64,000 nucleotides of DNA from Nitrososphaeria archaeon (GTDB lineage: Archaea; Thermoproteota; Nitrososphaeria; Geothermarchaeales; JDFR-13). A model generated the notes under the pieces. The model did not search any database and was not told the DNA's origin. It worked only from the letters and a program-made list of their open reading frames with translations. This document shows positions 19,730 through 29,880 of this stretch, piece by piece. Positions within the stretch are counted from its first letter, which is position 1. Each line of letters opens with the position of its first letter. The DNA lies in the NCBI GenBank assembly GCA_027078545.1, contig JALWXN010000004.1:768001-832000 (forward strand). The letters are read 5' to 3'. A program made the translations under genes and the position numbers.

Positions 19730-20410
19730 TCACCTCACATCCCTGGCCAGTGTCTTGGCAGTCTCTATATGCTCCATCAGGAGGGTGAAGGCCTTCTCCA
19801 TCTCGTGTCTATCCACGATGAGGATCGTGTCTGTGTAGCATGACTCGATGTGGATTATGTTGATATTGTTTAGTGCTAGTAGGTTGGATATGTAGGCTAT
19901 GATGCCCGGGACCTTCATCACGTCTTCTGGACTGACTATGACGATTGCTGCGTAGCCCCTCCCCATCCCGAGGAGCTGATCCCGACCGATCTCCCCGAGT
20001 ATCCTCTCCACAAGTGTGTCGTCAATAGCTAGGGTCACGGCTAGTACGCTGTGCATCACGGCGAAGAACCTCGCCCTCGGAGCTATCTCGGGTAGGAGTG
20101 GGTAGAGCCTCGGGAGTGCGTCGGGCCTGAGGCTCAGTACAGATACTCCCGTCCTCACCTCTATGCTCGAGCCTGCCAGAACCCTGAGCACGTCATCCCC
20201 GGGGTATTCACCTGCACCTATCCTCTGGGCGAGGCGTATCAGCGCCATCTTTATCGAGTCGGTCGAGACCTCCCTACCCAGCTCCCTGGAGACGGGTCTC
20301 CTGAGTAGCCTCGCTATCCTCGAGTAGTTGGCTATCCCCCTAGCCAGGCATTGGCGCAGCACTGGGTCTCCAAGCACCAGTTCCTCCACAACTTCTGCCA
20401 CTGACCTCAT
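19730..20410 (-). CDS. ACT-domain protein (archaeal, amino-acid-binding regulator-like)
   Basis: L..GIANYS.IAR N-domain; C-terminal ACT with VPGIIAYI...LA..NINI..IESCYTDT; start moved to MRSVAEVV. Confidence 0.8.
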   Translation of the reverse strand: MRSVAEVVEELVLGDPVLRQCLARGIANYSRIARLLRRPVSRELGREVSTDSIKMALIRLAQRIGAGEYPGDDVLRVLAGSSIEVRTGVSVLSLRPDALPRLYPLLPEIAPRARFFAVMHSVLAVTLAIDDTLVERILGEIGRDQLLGMGRGYAAIVIVSPEDVMKVPGIIAYISNLLALNNINIIHIESCYTDTILIVDRHEMEKAFTLLMEHIETAKTLARDVR

Positions 20411-20520
20411 GTTCCAGGTATAACAATCTATGTTCCCACCGTTATATCTGGATTCGGGGCTTGATTGGACTGTTCCATGTAAAGCATTATTTCCCACGGG
20501 CTGTACGGGGTGGACCGGTG

Positions 20521-21714
20521 TTGAAGGTTGTGCTTGCCTATTCCGGCGGTCTCGACACCTCGACCATCCTCGTCCTACTCAGGGAGGAGTATGGCGCCGA
20601 GGTGGTTACCGTCACCGTAGATGTTGGGCAGGAGGAGGAGCTGGAGGGTGTTGAGGAGCGTGCCTATGAGCTGGGCGCCTCTAAGCACTACCTGATCGAT
20701 GCTAAGGATGAGTTTGCCAGGAACTATCTCTTCCCGGCGGTGAAGGCCAACGCCCTCTACGAGGGGAAATACCCGTTGGGAACAGCCCTGGCGAGGCCCC
20801 TGATAGCCTCTAAGCTGGCGGAGGTTGTGTTGAAGGAGGGTGCCGACGCTGTTGCCCATGGATGCACTGGGAAGGGGAATGACCAGGTCAGGTTCGACAT
20901 AACCCTGAGGGCTCTCCTGGGGGATGACGTTAAGATCATCGCGCCCGTGAGGGAGTATAACCTGACCCGTGCGAAGAGTATGGAGATACTGGCTAGGCAT
21001 GGATACAGCGTTCCTAGCATCCATAAGAAGTATAGCGTCGATGAGAACCTCTGGTCTAGGAGTGTCGAGGGCGGCGTCTTAGACGACCCAATGGCCGAGC
21101 CTCCTGAGGAGGTCTTCCAGTGGACTAAGCCGCCGAGCGAGGCGCCTGACGAGCCGCTATACCTAGAGATAGGGTTTGAGGAGGGTGTCCCAAAGACGCT
21201 GGACGGTGTGGATATGGATCCTGTGGAGATAGTTAAGACCCTGAACAGCCTGGTCGGGAGCCATGGATATGGGAGGATAGACTATATCGAGAGCAGGGTT
21301 GTCGGCCTCAAGAGTAGGGAGGTCTATGAGGCGCCCGCAGCCCTAACCCTCATAGAGGCTCATAAGGAGCTTGAGAGGATGGTCCTCACACCCGGCGAGC
21401 TCAGGCTGAAGTGGATGCTAGACGCCATGTGGAGCGACCTTGTATATCAGGGGCTATGGATCGACCCGTTGAAGAGCCACATCGACAAGGCTATAGACTC
21501 GATAAACAAGTATGTAACCGGGACGGTAAGGGTCAAGGTGTATAAAGGCGGACTATCCATCGTGGGGAGGGAGAGCCCATACAGCCTATACTCAGAGAAG
21601 CTCATAGACTACGACAAGGGCTGGTACCCAGACCCCAAAGAGGCAGAAGGCTTCATAAAACTCTACAGCCAACACCAACTAACAGCACTCAAAACAAGGA
21701 GAAAGAACACATAG
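20521..21714 (+). CDS. argG: Argininosuccinate synthase
   Basis: KVVLAYSGGLDTS, HGCTGKGNDQVRF, YS.DENLW.RS.E and KSREVYEAP motifs. Confidence 0.97.
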   Translation: MKVVLAYSGGLDTSTILVLLREEYGAEVVTVTVDVGQEEELEGVEERAYELGASKHYLIDAKDEFARNYLFPAVKANALYEGKYPLGTALARPLIASKLAEVVLKEGADAVAHGCTGKGNDQVRFDITLRALLGDDVKIIAPVREYNLTRAKSMEILARHGYSVPSIHKKYSVDENLWSRSVEGGVLDDPMAEPPEEVFQWTKPPSEAPDEPLYLEIGFEEGVPKTLDGVDMDPVEIVKTLNSLVGSHGYGRIDYIESRVVGLKSREVYEAPAALTLIEAHKELERMVLTPGELRLKWMLDAMWSDLVYQGLWIDPLKSHIDKAIDSINKYVTGTVRVKVYKGGLSIVGRESPYSLYSEKLIDYDKGWYPDPKEAEGFIKLYSQHQLTALKTRRKNT

Positions 21715-21867
21715 CCACGGATCAGGAAAACCCCTTTATAAGGGTTTAAATACTTTTCTGCGTCACATCTTTATAAACCCCCTGCAGGATCAGAGGTTTG
21801 ACACACACAAAACTTAAATAAAAGAAACACAAGAAATACCTATATAGAAACAGAAGAAAACCCACGG
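21715..21867 (+). promoter_or_regulatory. CRISPR leader (AT/A-rich, with TATA-like boxes)
   Basis: About 150 bp non-coding and A-rich, with TTTATAAA and CTTAAATA, immediately before the first repeat; the degenerate repeat is at the opposite end. Confidence 0.75.
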
Positions 21868-24800
21868 GTTAAAACCAGACTAGGAAGGGTTGAAAGCTTG
21901 ACGATGAAGACATAGAGCCACTCCTAATCAACGCAAAGTTAAAACCAGACTAGGAAGGGTTGAAAGTTTTTCTGTCTATTCTATATAGAAGGTATATTAT
22001 GACGGAGGTTAAAACCAGACTAGGAAGGGTTGAAAGTGAGAAAGTTTATAAAGCTCTTGTGGTCAGGAAACTCGGCAGTTAAAACCAGACTAGGAAGGGT
22101 TGAAAGTGTTGCCGTACTGGCTCTGGCAGTACTGGATGACATCATCGTTAAAACCAGACTAGGAAGGGTTGAAAGGGCCACCAGGCCGCCTCCTTCCACA
22201 CTACTTTCCAGGCCGTGTTAAAACCAGACTAGGAAGGGTTGAAAGTGAACTTTACCAGCAGGTCCAGTAACTCCTTTATGTCAAAGGTTAAAACCAGACT
22301 AGGAAGGGTTGAAAGGATCTCTGTTGCGTTTACGTAGATGTTGCTTAGCGAGACCAGTTAAAACCAGACTAGGAAGGGTTGAAAGGTATATGGATACTCG
22401 ACAACGTATCGACAACACTAAAAGTTAAAACCAGACTAGGAAGGGTTGAAAGTAGACAAGCGCCAGAAACATCCCAGCCAACATCAACACAAGTTAAAAC
22501 CAGACTAGGAAGGGTTGAAAGCAAAGTACTTTCTGAGCATGTTTGCGACAGCGTAGGCGGTGTTAAAACCAGACTAGGAAGGGTTGAAAGAGTACTGCTG
22601 GTCTCCAAGCAACGCTTGGGTGGATAATTCTGGTTAAAACCAGACTAGGAAGGGTTGAAAGGCTCCTCGACGAAGAGGGAGTACCACTCGAGAAGGTCAT
22701 ACAGGTTAAAACCAGACTAGGAAGGGTTGAAAGACAGGCGATTAGTCTAGTCGTCCCAAGCACCATAACCATGTTAAAACCAGACTAGGAAGGGTTGAAA
22801 GAGTGTTACTAGACCTTGGGCTGGTGGATGGCGTATTCTACCGTTAAAACCAGACTAGGAAGGGTTGAAAGACAGCATAAGCGGTGGGACACATCAGGTA
22901 AATGTGAGGAGTTAAAACCAGACTAGGAAGGGTTGAAAGCCCATATATCATGTACATTACTGTGTCATATGTGTCGACACGTTAAAACCAGACTAGGAAG
23001 GGTTGAAAGTCACCGATCCATGCTGCAAAGTCCTCAGACGCCCATGATTCAAGTTAAAACCAGACTAGGAAGGGTTGAAAGCCACGAAAAATGCGTGATA
23101 GTTTATGCTCACAGTTAAATTGTTAAAACCAGACTAGGAAGGGTTGAAAGGCAAGACCCAGCCCCCCAGCCTCAGAAGTGGTCTGAGGAATAGTTAAAAC
23201 CAGACTAGGAAGGGTTGAAAGCTCGATTGCTTGTGAGCAAAACGAGTGTTTAGAGGCGTATTCATGTTAAAACCAGACTAGGAAGGGTTGAAAGGTAACT
23301 CAGTCACATCCCGTGACTCATTCTTCACCATGTTAAAACCAGACTAGGAAGGGTTGAAAGATTCGGAATATGGAGGACTACATAGCATACATGAGTCTAA
23401 TGAGTTAAAACCAGACTAGGAAGGGTTGAAAGGAGTCTGGGGCGGTCTATGGAGTCGTCAGCAACACGGGGCGTTAAAACCAGACTAGGAAGGGTTGAAA
23501 GCCACTCCCTGATGACTAGTGGTATGTTGATGTAGAACACGTTAAAACCAGACTAGGAAGGGTTGAAAGAGTTCAGGGTCGACAGGGATACAGAGGCCAA
23601 CACACAGGTGTTAAAACCAGACTAGGAAGGGTTGAAAGCATATTTTGCACCTCCCTATTGAGTTCCGTCCTCGATCGATGGTTAAAACCAGACTAGGAAG
23701 GGTTGAAAGACTTGTATTTTGACATGATTTCGCTGACATCCATACCAGTTAAAACCAGACTAGGAAGGGTTGAAAGTGTCTTCCTAGCATCGCTTCTCCT
23801 CTTAGCTATATTTGTTAAAACCAGACTAGGAAGGGTTGAAAGAGTCGCAAAAAGACCGAACCAACCGTCAAAGTAGCAAGACCCAAGTTAAAACCAGACT
23901 AGGAAGGGTTGAAAGGTAGTTGCGTGGTAGCTCTATCGTCCCCCGTGAATTCGGCAAAGTTAAAACCAGACTAGGAAGGGTTGAAAGTCCCTGGGGGGTG
24001 GGGGTGACGTTCTCTTCACTACCTCGGTGTTAAAACCAGACTAGGAAGGGTTGAAAGGGGAAACGCCACGATCAGCGTGAACACTGGGAACGCCATCGGT
24101 TAAAACCAGACTAGGAAGGGTTGAAAGAGCACAGCCAAGAAACTCATAAAAGCCCTTGAAGAGATGTTAAAACCAGACTAGGAAGGGTTGAAAGGATAGA
24201 CTACCTCAGAACCCTGACACTCAACGAGATCATCGTTAAAACCAGACTAGGAAGGGTTGAAAGTAGGGCTCATCCATCTAAGCACCCCTATCTTTTTATA
24301 TGTTAAAACCAGACTAGGAAGGGTTGAAAGGAACTCTATGACTAGGTTCATGGTGTTGGTGATGATGGGGGTTAAAACCAGACTAGGAAGGGTTGAAAGA
24401 TGAGCTTATACCCCCCGACCTCGCTGGGGGGTAGCTCATGGTTAAAACCAGACTAGGAAGGGTTGAAAGCTCTACAGCCTATATGTTGCTGGCGACTTCA
24501 TATCAGAGTTAAAACCAGACTAGGAAGGGTTGAAAGTGACGATCATTTCCTCGCCGTGCTCCTCACACCAGAGCTCAGTTAAAACCAGACTAGGAAGGGT
24601 TGAAAGTTTTGATAGCACTATCCACTCGAGCCTATCTTCGTCACGATGTTAAAACCAGACTAGGAAGGGTTGAAAGTGTCTCTATTTGGCTGTCTTTTGC
24701 AAGGCTTCTCGCCCATGTTAAAACCAGACTAGGAAGGGTTGAAAGCATTCCGCAAAAAGAGACCGATTCCACCTAGGAGACCCATCAGAATAGTTAAAAC

Positions 24801-25094
24801 CAGACTAGGAAGGGTTGAAAGGGTCATCAATGAACTCTCGAACAACGCCGAGATAACTATGTTAAAACCAGACTAGGAAGGGTTGAAAGGCTCCTCGCAT
24901 CAGCGTACCATGTCGCATCACAGATCCTGTTAAAACCAGACTAGGAAGGGTTGAAAGTTACATACTCTATGATGTCTGGTAGGAAGATGAATGCTAGGTT
25001 AAAACCAGACTAGGAAGGGTTGAAAGCAAGCTCAGAGGCTACACGGGATACGAGGCGGGATGTGAGTTAGAACCAGACTGGGAAGGGTTGTTTG
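21868..25094 (+). CRISPR. CRISPR array: repeat GTTAAAACCAGACTAGGAAGGGTTGAAAG (29 bp), 46 perfect repeats plus 1 degenerate terminal repeat, 46 spacers of 37-47 bp
   Basis: Counted directly; 3' GAAAG end typical of archaeal type I/III repeats; terminal repeat GTTAGAACCAGACTGGGAAGGGTTGTTTG at 25066-25094. Confidence 0.99.
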
Positions 25095-25181
25095 TTGGAT
25101 CTTGATTGTTGTTTGGCTTGGGTGTATTTTTTATTTTTGTTGGTGGGTTTACCTTTTGGTAGTATATTGGGGGTGACCGTT

Positions 25182-25403
25182 TTGGGCTACGTTACTGTGT
25201 CCGCCAAGATCCCTAGGGAGTTGAAGAGGTTGTTAGAGAGGTATGGTATACGTCCCGGCCCTGTTATCCGTGAGGCTTTGGAGGAGGCTGTCCGGAGGAG
25301 GATGGCTGAGGAGCTTGAGAGCCGTGCAAGGAGGCTTGCCGGTAAGGCTGGGGCTGGGGATGAGGATGTAGCTAGGTATATCAGGGAGGATAGGGAGAGG
25401 TGA
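25182..25403 (+). CDS. vapB: VapB-type antitoxin (RHH/CcdA-like)
   Basis: YVTVSAKIP.ELK..L..YGI....VIREALEEAV and C-terminal IREDRER; overlaps the PIN gene; TTG start after GGGGTGA. Confidence 0.78.
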   Translation: MGYVTVSAKIPRELKRLLERYGIRPGPVIREALEEAVRRRMAEELESRARRLAGKAGAGDEDVARYIREDRER

Positions 25404-25810
25404 GTGGATACCTCTTCGACACCAGCTCCATAATAAACATCCTCCTGAGGGGGCGTGTAAAGCCCCTCGTGAACGGCTATACACTCGACCTGGCACGGTA
25501 CGAAGCGCTCAACACTGTGTGGAAGATGGTTAGGAGGAGGGAGGGCTTAACACCAGGGGAGGCGGGTGAACTCGTCTCCATACTTGTCGAGCTCCTAAGC
25601 AACATAATGAGGATCATATCGATAACTGGTCATGAGGAGAGGGTCTACCAACTAGCATTGGATGAGGGTCTAACCGTCTACGACGCGGCATACCTATACA
25701 TGGCTATGGAGAAGGGCTTAACACTAGTCACGGACGACGAGAAACTGCTCCAGAAGGCTGAGAAGCATGTAGAGACGATGACCACGAAGATATACCTTGG
25801 CGAAGAATAG
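25400..25810 (+). CDS. vapC: PIN-domain toxin VapC
   Basis: YLFDTSSI, YEALN..WK, LTVYDAAY and LVTDD motifs. Confidence 0.88.
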   Translation: MSGYLFDTSSIINILLRGRVKPLVNGYTLDLARYEALNTVWKMVRRREGLTPGEAGELVSILVELLSNIMRIISITGHEERVYQLALDEGLTVYDAAYLYMAMEKGLTLVTDDEKLLQKAEKHVETMTTKIYLGEE

Positions 25811-26290
25811 TAGAGAGCATTACAAAGCCTAGGATTGAACTTGAATCAAATGACACAGTTAGGAATCCTGTCAGAGGACATCCAGCCACACAAAGCCATT
25901 AAGCTACAAAGACACTCCGAAGAATGACGAGTAAAGTCTAGAGTCAAGCGAAAAAGAGAGGGTCGTGTAATATTGATCTCACAAAAATACTGGAGGAAAC
26001 CAGTTATTAAACCCTGAAAACAGGAAAATATCGTACTAAAAACATAGATCACGAGAAATATACATCGACACCACCCCAATAATAAGAAAGTAACTACTAT
26101 CTCACTCCGCCACGAAATATCCGTAGATATCAACCGAAAAACAAAAACTATGGGAAATTTTCGAACATTTCCAACACCAATGTGTCAGGCTCCCCTAGTG
26201 GGTAATATTATACCATTGGGGGTTGGCGATCTAGATTTTAATGTCGGGAGTTAATTTTACTTTTTAGTTTTAAACTATATGATTTAAAAT
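25811..26290 (+). pseudogene. AT-rich decayed coding/mobile-element remnant
   Basis: Sharp GC drop, A-skewed coding-like sequence broken by stops, ends in an element also seen at 18924-18997; identity unknown. Confidence 0.3.
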
Positions 26291-26405
26291 TTACTATGGC
26301 CTCCACGGAAAAGTGGGGACATTGGGAGGTGGATGGGTAGGGGATGAGCGTTGGATTACCAACGGGGGTATATGCTGTTTGTGCTTTGGCTGTGGGTCCT
26401 GGTGT

Positions 26406-28004
26406 TTATCTGTTTCCCATGCTTCTTCTTTGGAGTTTCCTCCGGGTTGATATGAGCCTTTCCCTTAACCTTGTCTTCCCTGATGTGTATTTGGGCTTAC
26501 GGTCTCTTAATAGCTGCTTGTCTATATGGTCGGTTGGGAGTCTTCCGTCGATGTCCTCGGGTATGGGTGTGTCGGCCAGGTATAGTATTAGGGGGGCTAT
26601 GTCCATTATCGACAGTTTCCCTCCTAATCCCTTCCTGAACCCTCTCCCTCCAAATGCGTAGAACCCCTCTCTTATGTGGAAGGATGGGGCTATCCTTATC
26701 GCTCTGAGATCGTTTACTTTGGAGAGGCTTGGCTGGCTGGGCTTGAATAGCTTCTTTCCCGTGCCTCTTGAGGCGAACCACAGTCTCTCATCTGGCTCTA
26801 GTAGGATGTCTGGGATGTCTGGCTCGGGATTTGGATTGCTTATAACCTGTTTAAAGAGCTTTACCCCGTCCACCTCCAGGTTCCGAAGCCTCTCCACAGC
26901 CTCATTTACAAGTTTTTCATGTTCCGATGCGTCTACGAATCCCTTTCTAAATATGCCTCTCAGGTTGGCTTTTAGACCCCCTACATTTACTAGGGGGAAT
27001 ATCTCTGTTCTCTCCCAGTCCACCATTGTCTGCATCTCCCTCGCTGGACTCTCGAGTATCAAGACACGGTTTATCCCCACATTTAGCCTCCTTTTAATGC
27101 TTTGCGGTAGTATCCTCCATATCCTCCTGACGAGGCGGTTTCTCCTCAGCCATGTTGCCCTTATCCTCCTAGTCCTCCTCAACTGTAGATATCCTAGATC
27201 CGCCAGTATCGTCAGCAGGTCTATAAGCTTGTCCTTCCTCCTATGTCCATGATCCGACATTATGATGTAGCCCGCCTCCTCCCCTAGATGATCCATATAT
27301 CTGCCTAGCCAGGTGTCGAGTCTCGCGAGGCATTTATAGACGTATTCCATGTAGTCGGGGTCGTCCATAAACATGTGGAGGAGGATGTCGGGGGTCATGG
27401 CTATGTAGAGGTGTAGGGTATAGTCCCCACGCCTCATCAATTCATACATTGCTCTGAGCCTCTCCTCCTCTACCTCCATCACCCTCCTGTAGTAGTCCTC
27501 AGGCCTACCGCTGTAGAATGGGTATCCGATCCTATAGCCCAGCCTGTTAAGGGTCTCGAGGATCTCGGCTGGGTAGATGTTCTCCGGCCTCGGCCTGGAG
27601 GGGCCTACGAATTCCTGCTCCTGCCCTATCCATACACCCTCCACCCTTGGTGCTGGGGTGCTTATAGGAATGTTCATGTAGAGCCCTCTATGCCCATGCC
27701 TACCGAGCCTCTCCCAGACCCCCTCTACACGTAGATCCTTTATCGACATGTATCGTAGGCTATAGTCCGTATCTATCACTACGAAGTTTATCAGGCCGTG
27801 CCTCGTAGGCCTATACCCGGTCAACGCTGCATACCAGTTCGCCGGCGTTACTATAGGTGGCTCCGCCAGTAAACCGTCCATACCACCCATCCCGACCAGG
27901 TCTCCCAGGTTGGGCGTATAGCCAGTCTCGACCGCCTCCCTAGCCACGCCGAGTGGCACACCGTCCCAGCCGAAGAATAGGATCTTCACCCCCTGCTTCA
28001 CCAC
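26406..28004 (-). CDS. Alkaline phosphatase superfamily, type I phosphodiesterase/nucleotide pyrophosphatase
   Basis: GWDG, PP.TP.NW....TG..P..HG, D...H, MSDHG, PDI and H..EG...DIAP.ILYL motifs. Confidence 0.8.
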   Translation of the reverse strand: MVKQGVKILFFGWDGVPLGVAREAVETGYTPNLGDLVGMGGMDGLLAEPPIVTPANWYAALTGYRPTRHGLINFVVIDTDYSLRYMSIKDLRVEGVWERLGRHGHRGLYMNIPISTPAPRVEGVWIGQEQEFVGPSRPRPENIYPAEILETLNRLGYRIGYPFYSGRPEDYYRRVMEVEEERLRAMYELMRRGDYTLHLYIAMTPDILLHMFMDDPDYMEYVYKCLARLDTWLGRYMDHLGEEAGYIIMSDHGHRRKDKLIDLLTILADLGYLQLRRTRRIRATWLRRNRLVRRIWRILPQSIKRRLNVGINRVLILESPAREMQTMVDWERTEIFPLVNVGGLKANLRGIFRKGFVDASEHEKLVNEAVERLRNLEVDGVKLFKQVISNPNPEPDIPDILLEPDERLWFASRGTGKKLFKPSQPSLSKVNDLRAIRIAPSFHIREGFYAFGGRGFRKGLGGKLSIMDIAPLILYLADTPIPEDIDGRLPTDHIDKQLLRDRKPKYTSGKTRLRERLISTRRKLQRRSMGNR

Positions 28005-28062
28005 CCTGTCCAGTAAGACCCACCAGTCATCACTACTAGATAGTTGTGCGGGGCATAATTAT

Positions 28063-29244
28063 TCACTGCCCAGTTACGATGCCTATAAACCTGCTGAAAA
28101 TAGCAGGGGCTATCTTGAGTGGTGGTACGGCGAGGACTGAGAGTCCACTTATCAGGGCTAGGATCGCGGCGGCCTCGAACGCACCTGTATATGACGTTGT
28201 GGAGGCGAGTATCCTGAGAATTATCCCAATGTTCAGCGCCACGGTTGCGAGGTAGCTCCTCCCGAGGTCTAGGCCGGTGACTGCTCTGAAGACTATTGGT
28301 GCATGGCCCAGCAGCATGTTCCCTATATATCCGAGTGCGGCTGTATGTAGCACTATGTCTGTGTAGAACCACTCGCGTGACAGTGAGGTGTAGAGGTAGG
28401 TTGCCAGGGAGATCGCAAGCCATAGGTAAGAGGCCATGAGATGGTTATGGAGGTATGGGTCGACCCCTGGACTCCCCCTTAGCCTATAGTCCCTATTGAT
28501 GAGTAGGAGTAGTAGGGCTGACATAACCACTATGTAGTAGCCCCTACCCAGCATAGGCATGTCGAGAACTGAGGAGGCCATGATCATGAGGGGGATGCTC
28601 GGCGAGGCTATGGAGAGCATCGTAAGTAGCCTCCCAGGGCCGCCTAGGAACCTGGTCAGCTCGACCCTCTCACCCATTATGAAGAGTATGGGGTATAGGA
28701 GGAGGATCGTCCCATAGAGGTCGTAGGGCAGGACCTGGAAGAGAACCATGTTGAGAATGGCGAGGAGTAGGGATAGGTATGCCGCTAGGAACAGGATGAG
28801 GCTTGGGAAAGGTGTGTAGCGCCTCAGACCTATGTAGAAATAGGCCATCGAGAGAGTGCCAAGCAGGAGTGGATAGGATAGTAGGGTCACGGGTAGGCCG
28901 AGCTCTAAGAAGCGGTTGGCGAGGAGTAGGAGTGTCCCCGATACGAAGGATACTAGGGCTATTAGGAGGATATACCTAAACATCTCCACACCCCTGGGGA
29001 GGCCGGAGATACGCTCAACAGTTATCAGTACTGCGATGAAGCCTATGATTATGAGGCTGGAGTGGTAGTCATACACCATGTAGAGCCTCTCATGTAGAAG
29101 ACCTACTATCCCCCCTGTGTATCCCGGCGAGTATATGGTGACTAGCCTGGGCAGACCCACCAGGATGCCTAGGACCATGGATATTACCGCTACGCCCATG
29201 GCGGGGAATATCTTCCTATCGATCCGTCTCCACGGGGTGACCAT
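28063..29244 (-). CDS. NnrS-like polytopic membrane protein
   Basis: H..LIIIGF...LI..ER repeats; D..LH...LGY..NM..GHAP motif. Confidence 0.5.
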   Translation of the reverse strand: MVTPWRRIDRKIFPAMGVAVISMVLGILVGLPRLVTIYSPGYTGGIVGLLHERLYMVYDYHSSLIIIGFIAVLITVERISGLPRGVEMFRYILLIALVSFVSGTLLLLANRFLELGLPVTLLSYPLLLGTLSMAYFYIGLRRYTPFPSLILFLAAYLSLLLAILNMVLFQVLPYDLYGTILLLYPILFIMGERVELTRFLGGPGRLLTMLSIASPSIPLMIMASSVLDMPMLGRGYYIVVMSALLLLLINRDYRLRGSPGVDPYLHNHLMASYLWLAISLATYLYTSLSREWFYTDIVLHTAALGYIGNMLLGHAPIVFRAVTGLDLGRSYLATVALNIGIILRILASTTSYTGAFEAAAILALISGLSVLAVPPLKIAPAIFSRFIGIVTGQ

Positions 29245-29344
29245 GACACTCTATATAAGGGTCACACCGAGGAAATAACCGTGTTATAAGTAATATTATC
29301 AATGACATATTGCCCAATAAGTATTGTTAAGAGGTGTCACACAG

Positions 29345-29506
29345 ATGGATGTCGAGATCCTTAAGGTAGGTGTTCGGGGCGAGATCTACCTGAAGAAGAG
29401 TCTGAGGGAGGAGCTGGGGATAGAGCCTGGGGAGTATGTCAAGGCCTATGTGGAGGACGGGAGGCTTATCATAGTCCCCCTTAAAGAGATCTTGAAGCCC
29501 CTCTAG
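29345..29506 (+). CDS. AbrB/MazE/SpoVT-family DNA-binding protein (short, possibly truncated)
   Basis: KVG.RGEI.L.K.LREELGIEPG..V.....DGRLII.P motif. Confidence 0.75.
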   Translation: MDVEILKVGVRGEIYLKKSLREELGIEPGEYVKAYVEDGRLIIVPLKEILKPL

Positions 29507-29880
29507 CCCATTGCCCGGCTGAAGATAACGTGTATCACCATCGAGGATATCCATAGCGTGGGTATCAGTATAATGAGTAGGGAGGTGGCTAGGCTTAGCC
29601 CCCTACCAACCATGTCCTGGGCCAGGTAGTATATCAGCGTTACAGCCACGGGTATAAATGTGGATACGGCTAGGCATAGGAGGAGCGTCCTAGGCCTCTC
29701 ACTGGCCATCCCGAGTAGGAAGCCTATGAAGACGGTGGCCATAACCAGTGGGACCGGGCCGAAGAAGAAGTACATCGCCAGTATGACTATGCTCCCCACC
29801 AGTGAGAGGGCTAGTGGCAGGGAGCTGTCCAAACCCCTCCTCACCTCCGCCGAGACTCCCTCATAAACTTCTTTGTCCAC
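29503..29880 (-). CDS. Hypothetical 4-TM membrane protein
   Basis: Hydrophobic ORF with host-like codon usage. Confidence 0.5.
   Translation of the reverse strand: MDKEVYEGVSAEVRRGLDSSLPLALSLVGSIVILAMYFFFGPVPLVMATVFIGFLLGMASERPRTLLLCLAVSTFIPVAVTLIYYLAQDMVGRGLSLATSLLIILIPTLWISSMVIHVIFSRAMG

Noticed and set aside
22030-23118. ORFs with repeated VKTRLGRVE or LSTLPSLVLT peptides
   Set aside because: These are translations of the CRISPR repeat, not genes
24264-24301. Spacer 35 resembling host promoter/terminator tracts (about 8481-8510 and 51330-51345) as self-targeting
   Set aside because: Only short low-complexity matches; no full protospacer seen by eye (an exhaustive search was not possible)
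25960-26170. Remnant as a degraded copy of the neighbouring phosphodiesterase (IDLTKILEETSY vs IDLLTILADLGY)
   Set aside because: Too short and frame-broken to support without an alignment score
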